64,000 bases of DNA from Tubulanus polymorphus (GCF_964204645.1 NC_134032.1:3310175-3374174), one strand, 5' to 3'; counted from the stretch's first letter, positions 1-12,460 are shown. Notes: generated by a model not told the origin, from the letters alone. Translations and numbers: made by a program.

Positions 1-1284
1 GAAAAATATTGTGTCTAGTGTCGACCAAAACCTAATTAACGCTGCCTATATCAGTATCGCGAATCATAAAAACGATAATACGCTATTTTGCGACCTGACT
101 TGAGATTTTTTGTAACGGCTGTCGAACATTAACTATTCTATATGCCACTAATTGATGATGTACAGGTATGCACGTGTCGAGATATCTGTACTATAAGAGT
201 AACGGCGAAACTTAGTCAATGGTTGGCGCGGTCTGTGCGCTTTGGATTACCAAGTTTTTGGTACAAAATGAAAGATACAGGTCGTGTGTATGTTCGACGA
301 GCATTTATCTCAACAGGAGAGGTTGGATATAGCAGCGCTGCGCGTTGATTCTAAGATCAATCCGTTTAGGTAGTTTTAAAAGATGATGTAGCCAATTGGC
401 ACCGCAATGACTGCGCTTATAAAATCCACAGCTCGGCGAAAACATTTTGAAAATCGGTTGTTAATTAAGATTTTTACGATATCGTTGCATCTCCCAAGAT
501 TTTTAGTATGTTACGCAATGAATATATTTTATAAATCACATATTTTATATGTTCCTGACGGTAAATGCGAATAAAATATCCAGTTTTGAGTAGATGAAGT
601 GTTGATGAACGCCCGGATTACATTCCGAAGAATGCGGAATAACGCGGATTCAGATTAAATGCCCCAAAAACTTACAAAAATACGATATTTATATTCATCC
701 TACAATATGGCCGATCATGGTCAGGACATCTATCACATGGACGGACTTTTTCAAGAAATGCTGATCATTAGGTAAATTGTTAATTTTCTCGTAACATAAA
801 TCAGTTAGAAATTACAAGGACGCTGTTCATTTACTATACGAATACACAGAATTCCAGAAAAAAATAAATCTCAAGAATACGCGAATCCCGAACTACCAAC
901 TCCACACCGCTTTTTACCAATAAAGATAGTTGTACAAATCGCAGCCGTTTTTTCGAATTTCTCACGATTTCGTTGAATGTTTTGATAGTGAACTTTTATA
1001 GATAGCTAAATCGAAAATAAAAACAGAAATAACCCCCCCCCCCAAAAAAAAAAATCCTTTTTAATGAATGTGGGCAACGTAGAAATATTAGATTATTTTC
1101 TAGCGATGTGTTTGCCTGAATTCCGGGTTCTGGATCCGTAGTCTACTCTTTACGAGTTTTCAGCACTTATCAATCCATACGTCATACGTTACTCAATCGT
1201 AAACAAACGATTCAGAAAACTGTATTTCTTTTATTTGATATCATTTGAATCCGTTTGAATCAAATCCATGCAAAGACAAAAATT

Positions 1285-1425
1285 ATGCAGCTTACGACTC
1301 CAGAGTCGATGACTCCGAATTTCGAGCGAGGTTGCAGCTTGTGACTCCGAATCAATGACTCCAAATTTCACGTAAAGTTGTGAATGTTGCGGCTTGTTAC
1401 TCCAGAGTCAATGATTCCAAATATT
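1285..1425. repeat. Short degenerate tandem repeat (3 units, about 47-57 bp, core gcagctt..gactccagagtc.atgactcc.aat)
   Basis: Three consecutive near-copies visible at about 1287, 1333 and 1388. Confidence 0.7.
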
Positions 1426-3064
1426 TGTGAATATGGGTTATATTTGTATCTAGACGTGGTACCACTGGTGGTCTAATTTAGAATTTGGATTCCGCGAAGT
1501 CATTAGAAATGCCAGCAATTTTCCGGTATTGATATCGTATCAGGTGTCCACATGAGTTTATCTGTGAAATGTAAAGAGTAATATGTAATATCTACACAGG
1601 TATGAATGAAGAGAAATATACAATTTTCACCGAACAAGTTCTATGAATATATGAAATATATATGAATAGATGCTTTCGGACCGAAGTGTCAGATGATACC
1701 GGAGCATGTTTCAGCTCGAATATGAATTATCAAGTCTATACACGCTCGTAGAGTTTCATTTTGCGCAGTGACAAGTAGAAAAGAACAATTATATAAACAC
1801 TTAAATATCAATAAACACTTAAATATCAAATATCAATCATTTCATCACCCCCTAATTCATCTTTAAACTTTCCAGGAATGTTCTTATTATCATTGCTAAA
1901 TAATTCATGATCTTTTGGATAATTGCTAAATTCAAAATGATGTTTTAATGTTTTAAGTCTTTTTTATGATATTTGTCTTGATTTTTAGTATGTACGCATC
2001 AGTATTTTTTAGGATTAATGGGAACCCAGAATTGAATGTTCCGTCATCTGTCGATAAATCATAAACATAATCTGATGGGTTATATATTTCAAATAAATCT
2101 TCAGTTAATTCTTTTTCTACATGCCTTAAATTAAAACAATTTGGTTAGATTTAATTTATTCAATGCATAATATGTTTAATCCTGATACAGCAACTTTTCC
2201 TTTTTGTGCAAATCTTATTACTGGAGAACTCGTAAATTTCTTCCGTCCATCTGCAGCATAGAATCCAATGAAGAACATTTTCTTAAATTATATTTAGCAT
2301 TTAAAGAGCATATGTCATCAAAATGGAATATTTTATAAAATTCATTTTCAAATGTGATGTATTCACAAATATCAAATATGGAATTGGTTTGAATTTTAGT
2401 TCAGCCATTACTGAGAAACATGACTATTAAATCGGCAATTTCAGCGCGTGCTCACTGTTTTTGTTTATCTTAGCAGGTGCGTGTTTCTGACGTCATCTCT
2501 AACAAACGCACGCGGCTTCCAGTCATTTCACTAGACATTTCATGTGATATTTTATCGTTTTGTGAGTGATTTGAATTACTAAACTCTTTCCATTGTATAG
2601 TGTTGCTACCGTTGTATATAATATGATAATCGTATATCAGTGAGTAGCGCTGTAGGTCAGTGAATACGGTGAACAAATGGTGTTTATTTTATCAATCAGA
2701 CGTAGGCTTCGCGTACTGACCCGCACATGTGCTTGTGTTGATTGTCATGGTTAACATCATAAATAGCGCCACCCGTGGTTTGATTATGAACTATACGTAC
2801 GGAGTGAAGGACTATTCCGCTAACTATTACGGCTAATTCGTGCTCATTTTTTCAATAAGTCACATTTCAGGGGCCAGTTGCTCAAAGGTTGTTTAAGTCT
2901 TAAACAGTCGTTAAATTGCTAAACGAGTCGTTAAAAATTAAACAGTCGTTATTTCCGGTTGTTCAAAGATTTAACGGTCGGTTAAATCACTTAAACGACC
3001 GTTATAGTTAAACGGTCCAAGGTAGGTTGTTTATCTCACCTAACGACTCGTTAAATCAACAAAA

Positions 3065-4506
3065 ATGGCCGACGACATAGGTTGCTTTCTTCCAAATTTT
3101 CAAAATGAAAGACATTTTAGACATAATTTTGAGCAATATGGGAATTCACTGATGATCAATTGCGGCAAAGATTCAGATTTGGTCGGCATGGTCTGGAATT
3201 CATCAAAAACCTAGTCGGAGACGATATGAACAGGGCAACTCACCGTAATCATTCAATTAGTGTTTCAAACCAGATTCTGATAGGACTCCGATTTCTCGCC
3301 TGCGGTTCATTCTTGGAAGTGGTTGGTGATGGTTTTGGTGTGCATAAGAGTACAGTTTCACGTATTGTACAGCGGTTCGTAAATAGTATTTGCGAACACG
3401 CCGATGAATTCATTAAATGGCCGGCAGTCGACGATTTGAATGACCTGAAGAGAGGCTTTTATGATCTGGCCGGATTTCCGAACGTTGTTGGTGCCGTCGA
3501 CTGTACGCACATTGGCATTCAGGCTCCAACAGAAAATGAGCCAGCTTTCGTCAACAGAAAGAGCTTTCATAGCATCAATGTTCAGGCAATATGTGATCAC
3601 AAAGGTAAAATATTGCTCCCAGTTAATGTTTTGTTTCTCCCGTAATTTATATATTTCCGGGTACTTGCGACTAGATGCAGCAAGCAACAGTTTTATCTCA
3701 GTCTTAGCATTACAGTAGAAGGCGCTACTATACAGTCCCTAATCTTCCCCGCTTCAATACTGGTTCGAATCCCAAGATAGGTCTACCATCATGAAGCATA
3801 CCCTACTTATGTTTGTGTCAAACTTAACCCTCAGTCATTATACGTAAAAAATGTCTATTAGTAGGCCTATTGATCACGCTGTTTTTCTTCTTTCCAACAA
3901 GATTTACCAACATCATTGCAAAATGGCCTGGATCGACTCATGATAGTCATATATTCCGATCATCTCCAATCTGCAGGTATGAATGTCTCCGTCTCACTTG
4001 AACTATGTGTTCGCCCTCCCTTGTTTCTGTAATTTATGAACTATAAAAATAACCTTTTCACAGAGATCAATTCTTGCATATTCTAAAGTGTTACGTTATT
4101 GGAAAAACCAGAAGGAAAATAATTTTCCCATGAGTCGAAATCTAAGAAAAAGTCCATTTGACTGAGAATTGCTATCAATCATTGGAATCTTTTCTTATTG
4201 AAGCTTAGAACCATTCACCATCTATAACTCACAACTTGATTTAGGGATGGCTGATTTTTTCTTTCCTAGATATTTGGAAGCACATCCTGATTCCACATTC
4301 TACACGCAGAAATAAGAATGATACCCGGACGTGTCTGTAAGATCGTTTTGTGCTGTGCCATACTACACAACATAGCTATACAGTTAAATGAACCAGAGCC
4401 CGCAGATGTCGTCGACGAAATGGAGTTTGGTGACGTCTTTGCACCACCAAATGTTGATGGCGTGGCATTCAGAGCCAAATTTGCGACCAGGCATTTCAAT
4501 GACTAA
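3065..4506 (+). pseudogene. Harbinger DDE transposase (HARBI1-like), spliced, frameshifted and internally deleted
   Basis: Exons approximately 3065-3604, 3902-3976 and 4270-4506. Motifs [52 protein letters not shown]. The GDxGY...VE segment is missing. Confidence 0.9.
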
Positions 4507-4605
4507 AATCAATCTAATCATGGGAAAAATTTTTAATAAAATTGAAAAAAACATTAAATCATACGTTGTATTGGATAATTATAAACATGAAACGGAATCT
4601 TTAAA

Positions 4606-5771
4606 TTATTCTTCTAATTTCCTAATTTCAAGACGTATTTTTTGTTTTTGGAGTTCTGCCACTTCTTTCTGGACAACCAGCAACTCGCACTGAAGCTGCA
4701 ATCGGTCATCAGTGGTAAACTTCCTCCGTTTTGGCAGTTTTGCGACTACTGACTCCGGCAGCGTAGGTGTCAGCTTCTTTTGCTCCTCTGTAACTTTCGG
4801 CTCTGGTTCCGAATTGCTGTCAATCAGCGATTGTAATTCATAAGCATCTGAAAATGAGAAATCAACCCAATGAGTAAGATGAGGTAATAAAAAGCTGATT
4901 GACATAGAATTGAATTGGACCGAGCCAAATTCCAAATCCGTAACCGCAATTTAGGTACACCCTCCACTAGTTGTTTTAGGTTCTTCTTAAACTTTGCTGT
5001 ACATGACTGTCATGTTGCCTAAGTTAACAGTTATAATGGCCGGAATCTAGCATTGATTTTCATATCAGACATTGAGAAAGTATGTAAAGGTAAGCATTTA
5101 AAAAATCATTTAAAAAAGTCCAGAGGGCTTTAATTAGCTCTTATAGGCCTATGTGCGAACTAAATCACAGTCACTAGAAGCCGGTCTGAAGGTCGTTGGC
5201 TAGAAACCAAAACAAAAGCAGACGATTGAAAATATGTTACCAAATTAGACCCAAAAATCATTAAAAGCCCTTTTAATAGTATTTGAATAAAATGATACAC
5301 GATAGATTAACTCACCAATAGTTGTTAAATCGCTCAAAAAGGTAGTTTCCACACCACCTTCTATTCCAAAAAAGGTTGGATTCCCTCGCTCTTCTTGGAT
5401 GGCAATAATCTCGTTGATAACTGGTGCTGGCTGAGTAGGTGCAGGTCCTCCTCCAGTTTTCCGGCTCTCCCGCTGATAGCCTCCTACTGTGGCCTTGGCA
5501 GTTACACAAAGCTGCCGCCACTTTTCCTTTACAGCAGCAGGTGTCCTCTCACAAATTCCAAGAGAACTCACCGACTTACTTATCTCCACCCACTTATCAT
5601 GTTTTTCCGATTTGTAACACTGTTAGTGAAGCTGCTGGTCAATAAATCGTAGTTTTCTCTCACTAGGCTAGTTAACAGATCGATTTCTTTTACACTGAAG
5701 TTAGTTTTTCTTTTATTTCTAATGTTTTGTTGAGCAGGTTTAACTGACACAGATTCCATGTTTGCAGTCAT
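4606..5771 (-). pseudogene. Harbinger Myb/SANT-like DNA-binding protein (2 exons, about 5771-5316 and 4847-4606), one frameshift near 5600
   Basis: KRKTNFSVKEIDLL...(W)VEISKSVSS...RTPAAVKEKWRQL...RKTGGGPAP and a C-terminal coiled coil; GT-AG intron with consistent phase. Confidence 0.88.
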
Positions 5772-8700
5772 TTTGATTTTGAAAATGAGGCTAAACACTG
5801 TTTAGGACTTAACTACTAGTTTAAAAAAAGATAACGACTCGTTAGTTAACCAAAGGCTTAAACAGTCTTTGAGCAACCGATCTAAACAGTCGTTAAAAAC
5901 GAGTGTTTAAGTAACGACTCGTTAGGGATTTTAACCAGTCGTTAGTCTTAACGACTGGTTAAAATTAGACAACCTTTGAGCAACCGGCCCCAGGTCTTTA
6001 CATGTATGCTTAAGTTTCTTTTGAATAAGAAATCGCAAAAAGTATAATTTTGATGGCATTTGCCCTTTAATACATAATCTGGCACTATCGTTTCTTTGGT
6101 TGAAGTATTACTTTTGACTATTGCATGAATATAGAATTCAACATTATATTTAATTGCAAAATCTTTAGGATAATTCACAAGTATTCTATAAACTGCTGTT
6201 GATTTCATAATATCTATGATTTTAGATATTTTATTTTGAAAAACTTCTTCAAAATATCTTTAATTCTTTCTAATAATTTCAAATTTTGATATCATAAATA
6301 CCAACAATATTTATTGCCTCCAACATAATTATACACACCTGCTGAACCATCTCCCATAAAGAATCCTTTGATAAAATATTATTTTTCTTCGAATGTTTCA
6401 GGTTCTATGTTATAAATATTATCAATTATTTCATCAAATTACCTATGATTCATTCTTGGATAAAATCTTTTATCCAATTATTCATCTCCAATTTTTATAT
6501 CAGTTGGTTTTATTTCATCACCATTTCGTTTAATTAAACTATGATCTTCAGTAACATCTACAAACCCTAATTTAGTTCTAACTCTCTAAATCTTCTTATT
6601 CGTTTTATGTCTAATAATATTCTTTAATTTGTTCAATCCATTTTTTGTCCAAACATCCATTAATTCATTTATTTGTATTAATTCTTTTTCACCATATGAA
6701 ATATAACGTTCATTGTGTTTAGGAATTATTTCTGAAATTCCTCTAATTAACATTTGATTATTATATTTTAATGAAATTGGGGTGTCACCTGTTCAAGAAT
6801 CAAAATATAATATTTCAATATGCTTTTCCCAAAAAGTGGTTGTAAAACATTATAATAAAAATCTACATTATTAATTTTGATATTTCTTAAACAGTTGAAC
6901 CTATGAATATTGGTTTATTAAATTTCATTGACTTTCTTTTTAGTTTTACTGCCGTTAAATAATCTTCAAATCGTTTATTTCCTAAGTGTCTAGGTGTTGG
7001 GAGAGTTCTCGGTCCAACACCACGGTGTTTCGGGCTCACTCCACTGACAGGCGATGGGAATGAGGAAGCGAGCGAGGAGGACTGTATATGTTCTCGGACA
7101 GAAGCAAGGCAAAGGCCGGGCAGAAGCAGAAGCCAGGCGGGTCGACAAGGCAGAAGCAAAGCCAGGCGGGTCACCAGGCAGAAGCAAAATTAGTGAGTCG
7201 GCCAGAGTCACGTTCCCTTGTTGAAGCAGCAAGGCAGAGTCTTGAACTATGTCTTCATTTAATTCATTTCCTTTGTCCATTAAAAATTGCTTTTTGTCAT
7301 ATATTTCTTTTCTCTCAGTTAATTGTTTATTCAACGATTCAAAATCCCCATAAATTACAAATGGCACTATATTTTTAAATTTATAATTCGTAAATTTAAA
7401 TTTATAACCTTTTTCTGCTGTTGGCATTATTAATTTACAAAAATCTTTATTTTCACACAATTCTTTATGTTTTAATAATGCATTCTCCGTCATAAATTTA
7501 GATAAACATTTTCTACATAGATAAATTTTATGATGGTGATCACTTTCTGTTCGAAAGAATAAATCTATTTGTTTTAACCACATATAATGTTCATTTTCGT
7601 CTTTTTTGTAATATCACAAATCTATTACATTTTCATCATCATAATATTCTGTTAAATATAAAGCGTCTAATTTATGATCTTTAATATTTTCACCTATTGT
7701 CTCTGGTAATTGCATTAATTCGAATACATTTATTTTTAAATCATTAACTTTTTCTATTTTAGGAATCATTTTTATAGTTACTGGATATTGACCAATTTTA
7801 TATAATGTTTCAAATTTCCGATAATCTGTTATTCTAAAAACATTTTCCTGAGTTGGATGTAAACAACTAATAATTGACCATAGAAAACATTCGTTATCTT
7901 CAATTTGAACATTTAGTACTGCTTTTGTTGTAAATGGTTATTTAATATAAGATGATGCTTTAATATCCTTTTCTGTTGTAAAGTTTGAATTATTTGAAAA
8001 CATTGTATTACTTTTTGATGTTTTATTCCTTTTTGTATTGTAAATATTTAAATCTAAAAATATAACTTCATTCAATGTTAAACCAGAACCCTCAACATAT
8101 CTTTCCTCAATGTGACGTTTAAATTCATTAAATATTTTTTCTAATTTCTCTTTTGTTTGTGTTTTTGAAATTATTTCTTCAGAATGTGTTTGAATATTAT
8201 ACTCCATTTTTAGTTCTGATTACATAAAACTTACTTTTCCAGAAATAATAATTTTTGGATATTCAGCTTCTGTCATAAGGTCCATTATTTTTTCCATTAT
8301 TTCAATATATTTGCTATAATCTTCTATTGTTGATCCTTAAAAAAATGTAAATATAATAGCTGCTGGTCCAATTTTACTACGTAATGTTTCTAAAATTTCA
8401 ATTGTATCTTTTATTTCTAGTGAATCGATATAATTTCTAACATTTTCCATATACGGTTTATTTGAAAATGATTTCGTTTTTGAAGCTGGTTTTTTACTTG
8501 TTGAGGTTTATCATCAAAATATTCTGTTCCTAAAATATTTCTTCTTAAATTTTGTTGGTGTTTTTGTGATACGAGATGTCTTTTATTATTCCTTTTTACT
8601 ATAAATTCATTACAAACTTCACATTTTATTTCGTCTTTTTTCATATCATTTAATCGTTCTTTTCTTTCATTGGAATTTTCTGGAGTCTCAACATCTATTT

Positions 8701-9259
8701 CATGTTTTTATGATTTGCATTTTTTTTCATGTCCAGATTTTTTAGATTTATCGATGAATTTTTTACAATATGGACAATAATATTGATTTTTATTGAATTA
8801 AATATTTTCTGTTTGGTTTTCACGGTCCACCATTTACAAGGAAAAAAGTAACTTGTGGTGATGAGTGATGTGCCGACCTCTCGACCTCTGATCTGAAAGC
8901 CCACTTCTCCAATCACTAACGCGGCAAGTGCGCGACATTGTTTCCGATTCGATTGAATTGTTTACTAAAAATGTCTTCGTTACTCGATAAAAATCAATAC
9001 GCGATTTAATAAGATTTTAATATTTCGCATACTACCTTGCTTGCCAGGGCTTGTTTGCCTCCCGCCGAAGGTTGCGTTAATTACATAATCGAGTCGAATG
9101 AGATCGTCGAGTCCAGAAATCATGACCTTGACAATAGCATCGATTAAGGTTGTTGAGTGCCATTACGCGGTTAATTTAGTGAAACTGGCAAAATAGCATA
9201 ATTGAGTCCCGCGCACACATCGCAGCTGAACAAAATCAGAGCAACAGTGTGCGTACCTT

Positions 9260-9711
9260 TTTCATTGTATGACGTCATAAATCAACGGCCAGAAATGGTA
9301 GGTTCTTTATTTCAAGAGGGATAATTCCCTAAAAAAAATCCTTGACCTTCCACAGTGACTAGGTTGGAACACGAGAATAAAATAACGGACAAAAATGCCG
9401 ATAACCTTAAGATACGCCTTAAGCTGGACTCGAACTTGCGACCTCCAGCGCGCGCCAGACGAGCACGCTAATCACTCGAACATATACCAGCATTGACGGA
9501 CGAAGTTTGTAAGTTTGTCTGGCGATTGAAGTGACTGATGACCAGTCAGGTGAAGCGACTTGGTGCATGATTACTGTTGGCCGTTTCTATGGTCCGCTCA
9601 TTCTGTGGTTACTGCAATACCTTATCGGCCCTAAACCCTCTCTGATTTCGAGTCGCCCATTGTAAGAAATCCAAATAATATAGTTTTTGTACTCTGAAGT
9701 TCAAGTATTTC
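9260..9711. repeat. Dispersed repeat of about 450 bp with an internal tRNA-like segment on the minus strand (second copy at 46110-46569)
   Basis: End-to-end alignable with 46110-46569. Contains the reverse complement of A-box and B-box (GTTCGAGTC) like sequences. Confidence 0.85.
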
Positions 9712-9881
9712 CATCCTCCCTTTGCAGGGACTCGAACCTGATGTCATCGCTACACTCAGCCACGGCACGAACCCCTGCCATAAACGACCATGTGCGCAGT
9801 TACATGCGCACTATCCGAACGAAAACTGGCGGCACCAATCAGATTGCTCGTTGTATAATGGCTTTGGCAATCAATTCCAAT

Positions 9882-11787
9882 ATGGATTCCGGTTCGTCTC
9901 TGAGTAAATTCGAACTACAAATATTTGAAGAAATCTGTCGTAGTTTCGGTTTGGAAAGTTTATCGAGTCATCAGATGTTGTGTTTGATAACTGTTTCACG
10001 CGATAGAAATGACGTTTTTGTATCAACGAAGACAGGGTCCGGCAATATCTTATCAAGCCTTGCCACTCTTCGATTCTAATTGTATCTCCGTTAATCAGTA
10101 TAATGGAAGAACAGTGTAAATATCTGAAAAGTCTTGGGTTTTCTGCATCTTACATCGGACATGCAGAAGAAGAGAACCGGAAAATATTGCTTGGTGAATA
10201 CCAGTTCGTGTTCTGTTGTCCGGAGACACTATTGGCAAAGAGTTGTTGGAGGAACATGGTTTCATCGGCGTTGTATTTAGAACGATTAATTGCTATCGTT
10301 GTAGATGAGGCACACACTGTCCTTGGGTGGTAAGAAAATGTCAATCAGTCTTTTCTCTGTTGTTGTCTCTCTTAAACGAAGTCCGAAAATGTTCTTTTTT
10401 ATTAGGCCTATTTATTTTGTTCTATATTTTGGCTCTCCAATATTTTCAGGGGCGATTCTAGTAAAACCGAAGCCTTCCGTGCATGGTTCAACCACATCGG
10501 TGAGCTACGGAGTCTTTCTCCAGGTAAGCTGAAGTAGTAGACTTTTATTGTCTATTCCTCGTTGCATTCTGTTAGGTTCTTTGACTTCGATTTAAATTTT
10601 TCAATACAGGTGTTCCGGTCATTGCATTTACTGCAACCACTAGTAATAGAACTCGGCGACCGATAAGGAGAAATCTCTGTATCAATTCGAACGCTATTGA
10701 AATTGTTGATTCTCCGGACCGGGAAAACGTTAAACTTTCAGTTTTAAAGGTAATTGACTTGATGTTTAAAATTGTTGCAGAGAATGAAAAATTTCAACAA
10801 AATAAGTTCTTACTGAAGTCTCTCAATCGATCACTTTGAAAATTTGGTGGTATTTGTAATATTTAATATGTTATGATAACTTTCTTTTACAGAGATCCTG
10901 CAAGGACCCGAACTCTGTTGCGTTTGGTTGGCTGGTGGATTGGATTCATGACCTTCAACATAATTGTCCTCGTGTGATTATATTCTGCCAGTCAATCATG
11001 GAAACTGCGAAGGTCTATGATGATTTGGAGGTCAAAGTTGGACACCGTCACATAAATATGTATCATAGCTGTACACCAGATCCAGTAAAGGAAATTATTG
11101 GAAAAGACATGTCCGACTCTGATGAATCCATCAGAGTACTGATCTGCACATCCGCCGCAGGAATGGGGGTGAATTTCCGTGGAGTTCACAACGTTGTAAA
11201 TTTTGGCCCACCATACGATGTCGATATGTTCCTCCAAATGTTAGGTCGAGCCGGTCGCGATGGTAAATAGTCAGATCATATACTCATTTATAACGGACGG
11301 CAACTGAATTAAAAAAGTGGACCATTTAATGACGAAAAACATAAAAAACTATACCGAATGTAGACGTGAACACTCAATGAAATCTTATGACACCGAAGTC
11401 ATACAAAAAATCAAACATTTTTGCTGTGATATATGTTGTGAATCGTGTGAATGTGAAAGTGTTGATTGCAAGTCAACTCATCCGGCTAAAGTCTCAGAGT
11501 CTCCTTCCGAACGTGAAAAGCAGCGTACTTGCACAAAAAGTAACATCGATGAACTAAAGAATCGTCTTCAGGCGTATGATTGTGATTCATCAACAAATGA
11601 TATTACAGTGGACGTGCAAAACTTTTCAAACTCTGTCATCGACTCAATTATAAAAAAAGTTCCCATATATATGCGATGAAGATGATATTTTGACAATTGT
11701 GGAGTTTGGACATTTGATCAAGCCATTTATTGCTTACAATGCATTTCAGACATTTTCGACGAGTTATACGTGAATTTTTATGTATAG
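9882..11787 (+). pseudogene. RecQ-family helicase of the AcademH element (spliced, disrupted)
   Basis: DVFVSTKTGSG (Walker A, damaged), VSPLISIMEEQ, VVDEAH, AFRAWF...GELRS, AFTAT, MYHS, TSAAGMGVN, QMLGRAGRDG followed by a stop, and a CRR...CCDIC Zn-binding RQC-like region. GT-AG introns. Confidence 0.92.
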
Positions 11788-12460
11788 ATTTTGTAATTTC
11801 GAATGCTCAAATAAATTATTTTGTTCCTTTTACATTATTGTTATATGCCTTATGTATTTAAGAAAGCCTGTTCAGCATTTCAATCATTATCATGTTTGTA
11901 CGTCGTTTGAATCTAGGTTCCCCACGACTAACCCAATTGGATTGTTCATTCAACCTCACGAAGGGACCACGGCCTTTGAAGTGTTGCCCGCACACACTGT
12001 AAGCAGCCAACATGACTCAAACCCGATTGATCATGAATGCAACGACATCACACCTTTTATCCCACTGAGCTACCGATTGAGATAAAGAAAATGAAATAAA
12101 GATGAATAATTAAAATATGTTTAAAACATATCATCCACTTATATTACCGGCTTAAAGAAAGGACAATATCATAAGACAAGCACGAACCAGAACTTGTTGC
12201 TGGGTCAATACGACTAGTTAACAAAGCATTCTCATAGAACACTATATACAGTGGAACATTGTTTCAACGAATTTCTAGGCACCAGAAAATGTGTCTTACC
12301 CATGATTAGTCGAAACATATTTCGTATTTAAGACACCATTTTAGGGTTGTAATAAATCATTATATCTCTGAGAAAGTTCTTTCAACGATTTTCTACTGAA
12401 GTAATAGTGATTCAATGACAACAAATATACACACATTGCACATGAATAATACACATTCAT

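Larger units (their letters stand above)
2871..5990 (+). mobile_element. PIF/Harbinger DNA transposon (two-gene architecture), defective
   Basis: 22-bp TIRs GGGCC(A/G)GTTGCTCAAAGGTTGT, CAG 3-bp TSD (2868-2870, 5991-5993), arrays of subterminal TAACGACTCGTTA / TAAACAGTCGTTA motifs at both ends, and convergent transposase and Myb-like genes. Confidence 0.95.
2305..6066. mobile_element. Non-autonomous TTAA-targeting DNA transposon (Kolobok-like), about 640 bp net, containing a nested Harbinger
   Basis: TTAA at 2301-2304 and 6067-6070. Imperfect 20-bp TIRs AGAGCATATGTCATCAAAAT / AGGGCAAATGCCATCAAAAT. Removing it restores the intein frame VPDYVL|NAKY. Confidence 0.8.
2004..6798 (-). other. Bifunctional intein (Hint + LAGLIDADG homing endonuclease) in pPolB motif C, decayed; coding parts 6798-6067 and 2300-2004
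   Basis: Starts S*TGDTPI directly after YFD. Block B GFVDVTEDHSL; LAGLIDADG motifs FIKGFFMGDGS and FFIGFYAADG; ends DYVYDLSTDDGTFNSGFPLILKN followed by +1 Thr (TDAYILK). About 1,030 nt after removing the nested inserts. Confidence 0.92.
1833..8790 (-). pseudogene. Protein-primed DNA polymerase B pseudogene (Polinton type), intein-containing allele
   Basis: Fragments in order: NQYYCPYCKKFIDKS, CEVCNEFIVKRNNKRHLVSQKH (Zn fingers), NVQIEDNECFLWSIISCLHP, MWLKQIDLFFRTESDHH, PFVIYGDFESLNK, KRKSMKFNKPIFIGSTV, HIEILYFD (to 6799) and C-extein TDAYILKIKT...FSNYPKDHELFSNDNKNIPGKFKDELGGDEMI (2003-1833). All match copy B. Many stops and frameshifts; the middle part is deleted. Confidence 0.9.
1833..8917 (-). 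mobile_element. Decayed Polinton/Maverick-like element, copy A (left terminus plus pPolB gene), interrupted by nested insertions
   Basis: The minus strand starts AGTGATTGGAGAAGTGGGCTTTCA at 8917 (AGT-type terminus, homologous to 59150-59194). It is followed by pPolB fragments collinear with the copy at 59274-63317. Confidence 0.8.

Noticed and set aside
8855-8900. C/D-box snoRNA-like pattern (GTGATGA...CTGA)
   Set aside because: Too short (about 40 nt) and lies within the Polinton terminal sequence.
9420-9490. Possible tRNA gene (also near 12040, 15150, 16850, 25090, 46300, 54060)
   Set aside because: A/B-box-like motifs only; no complete cloverleaf could be folded, and all lie within repeats.
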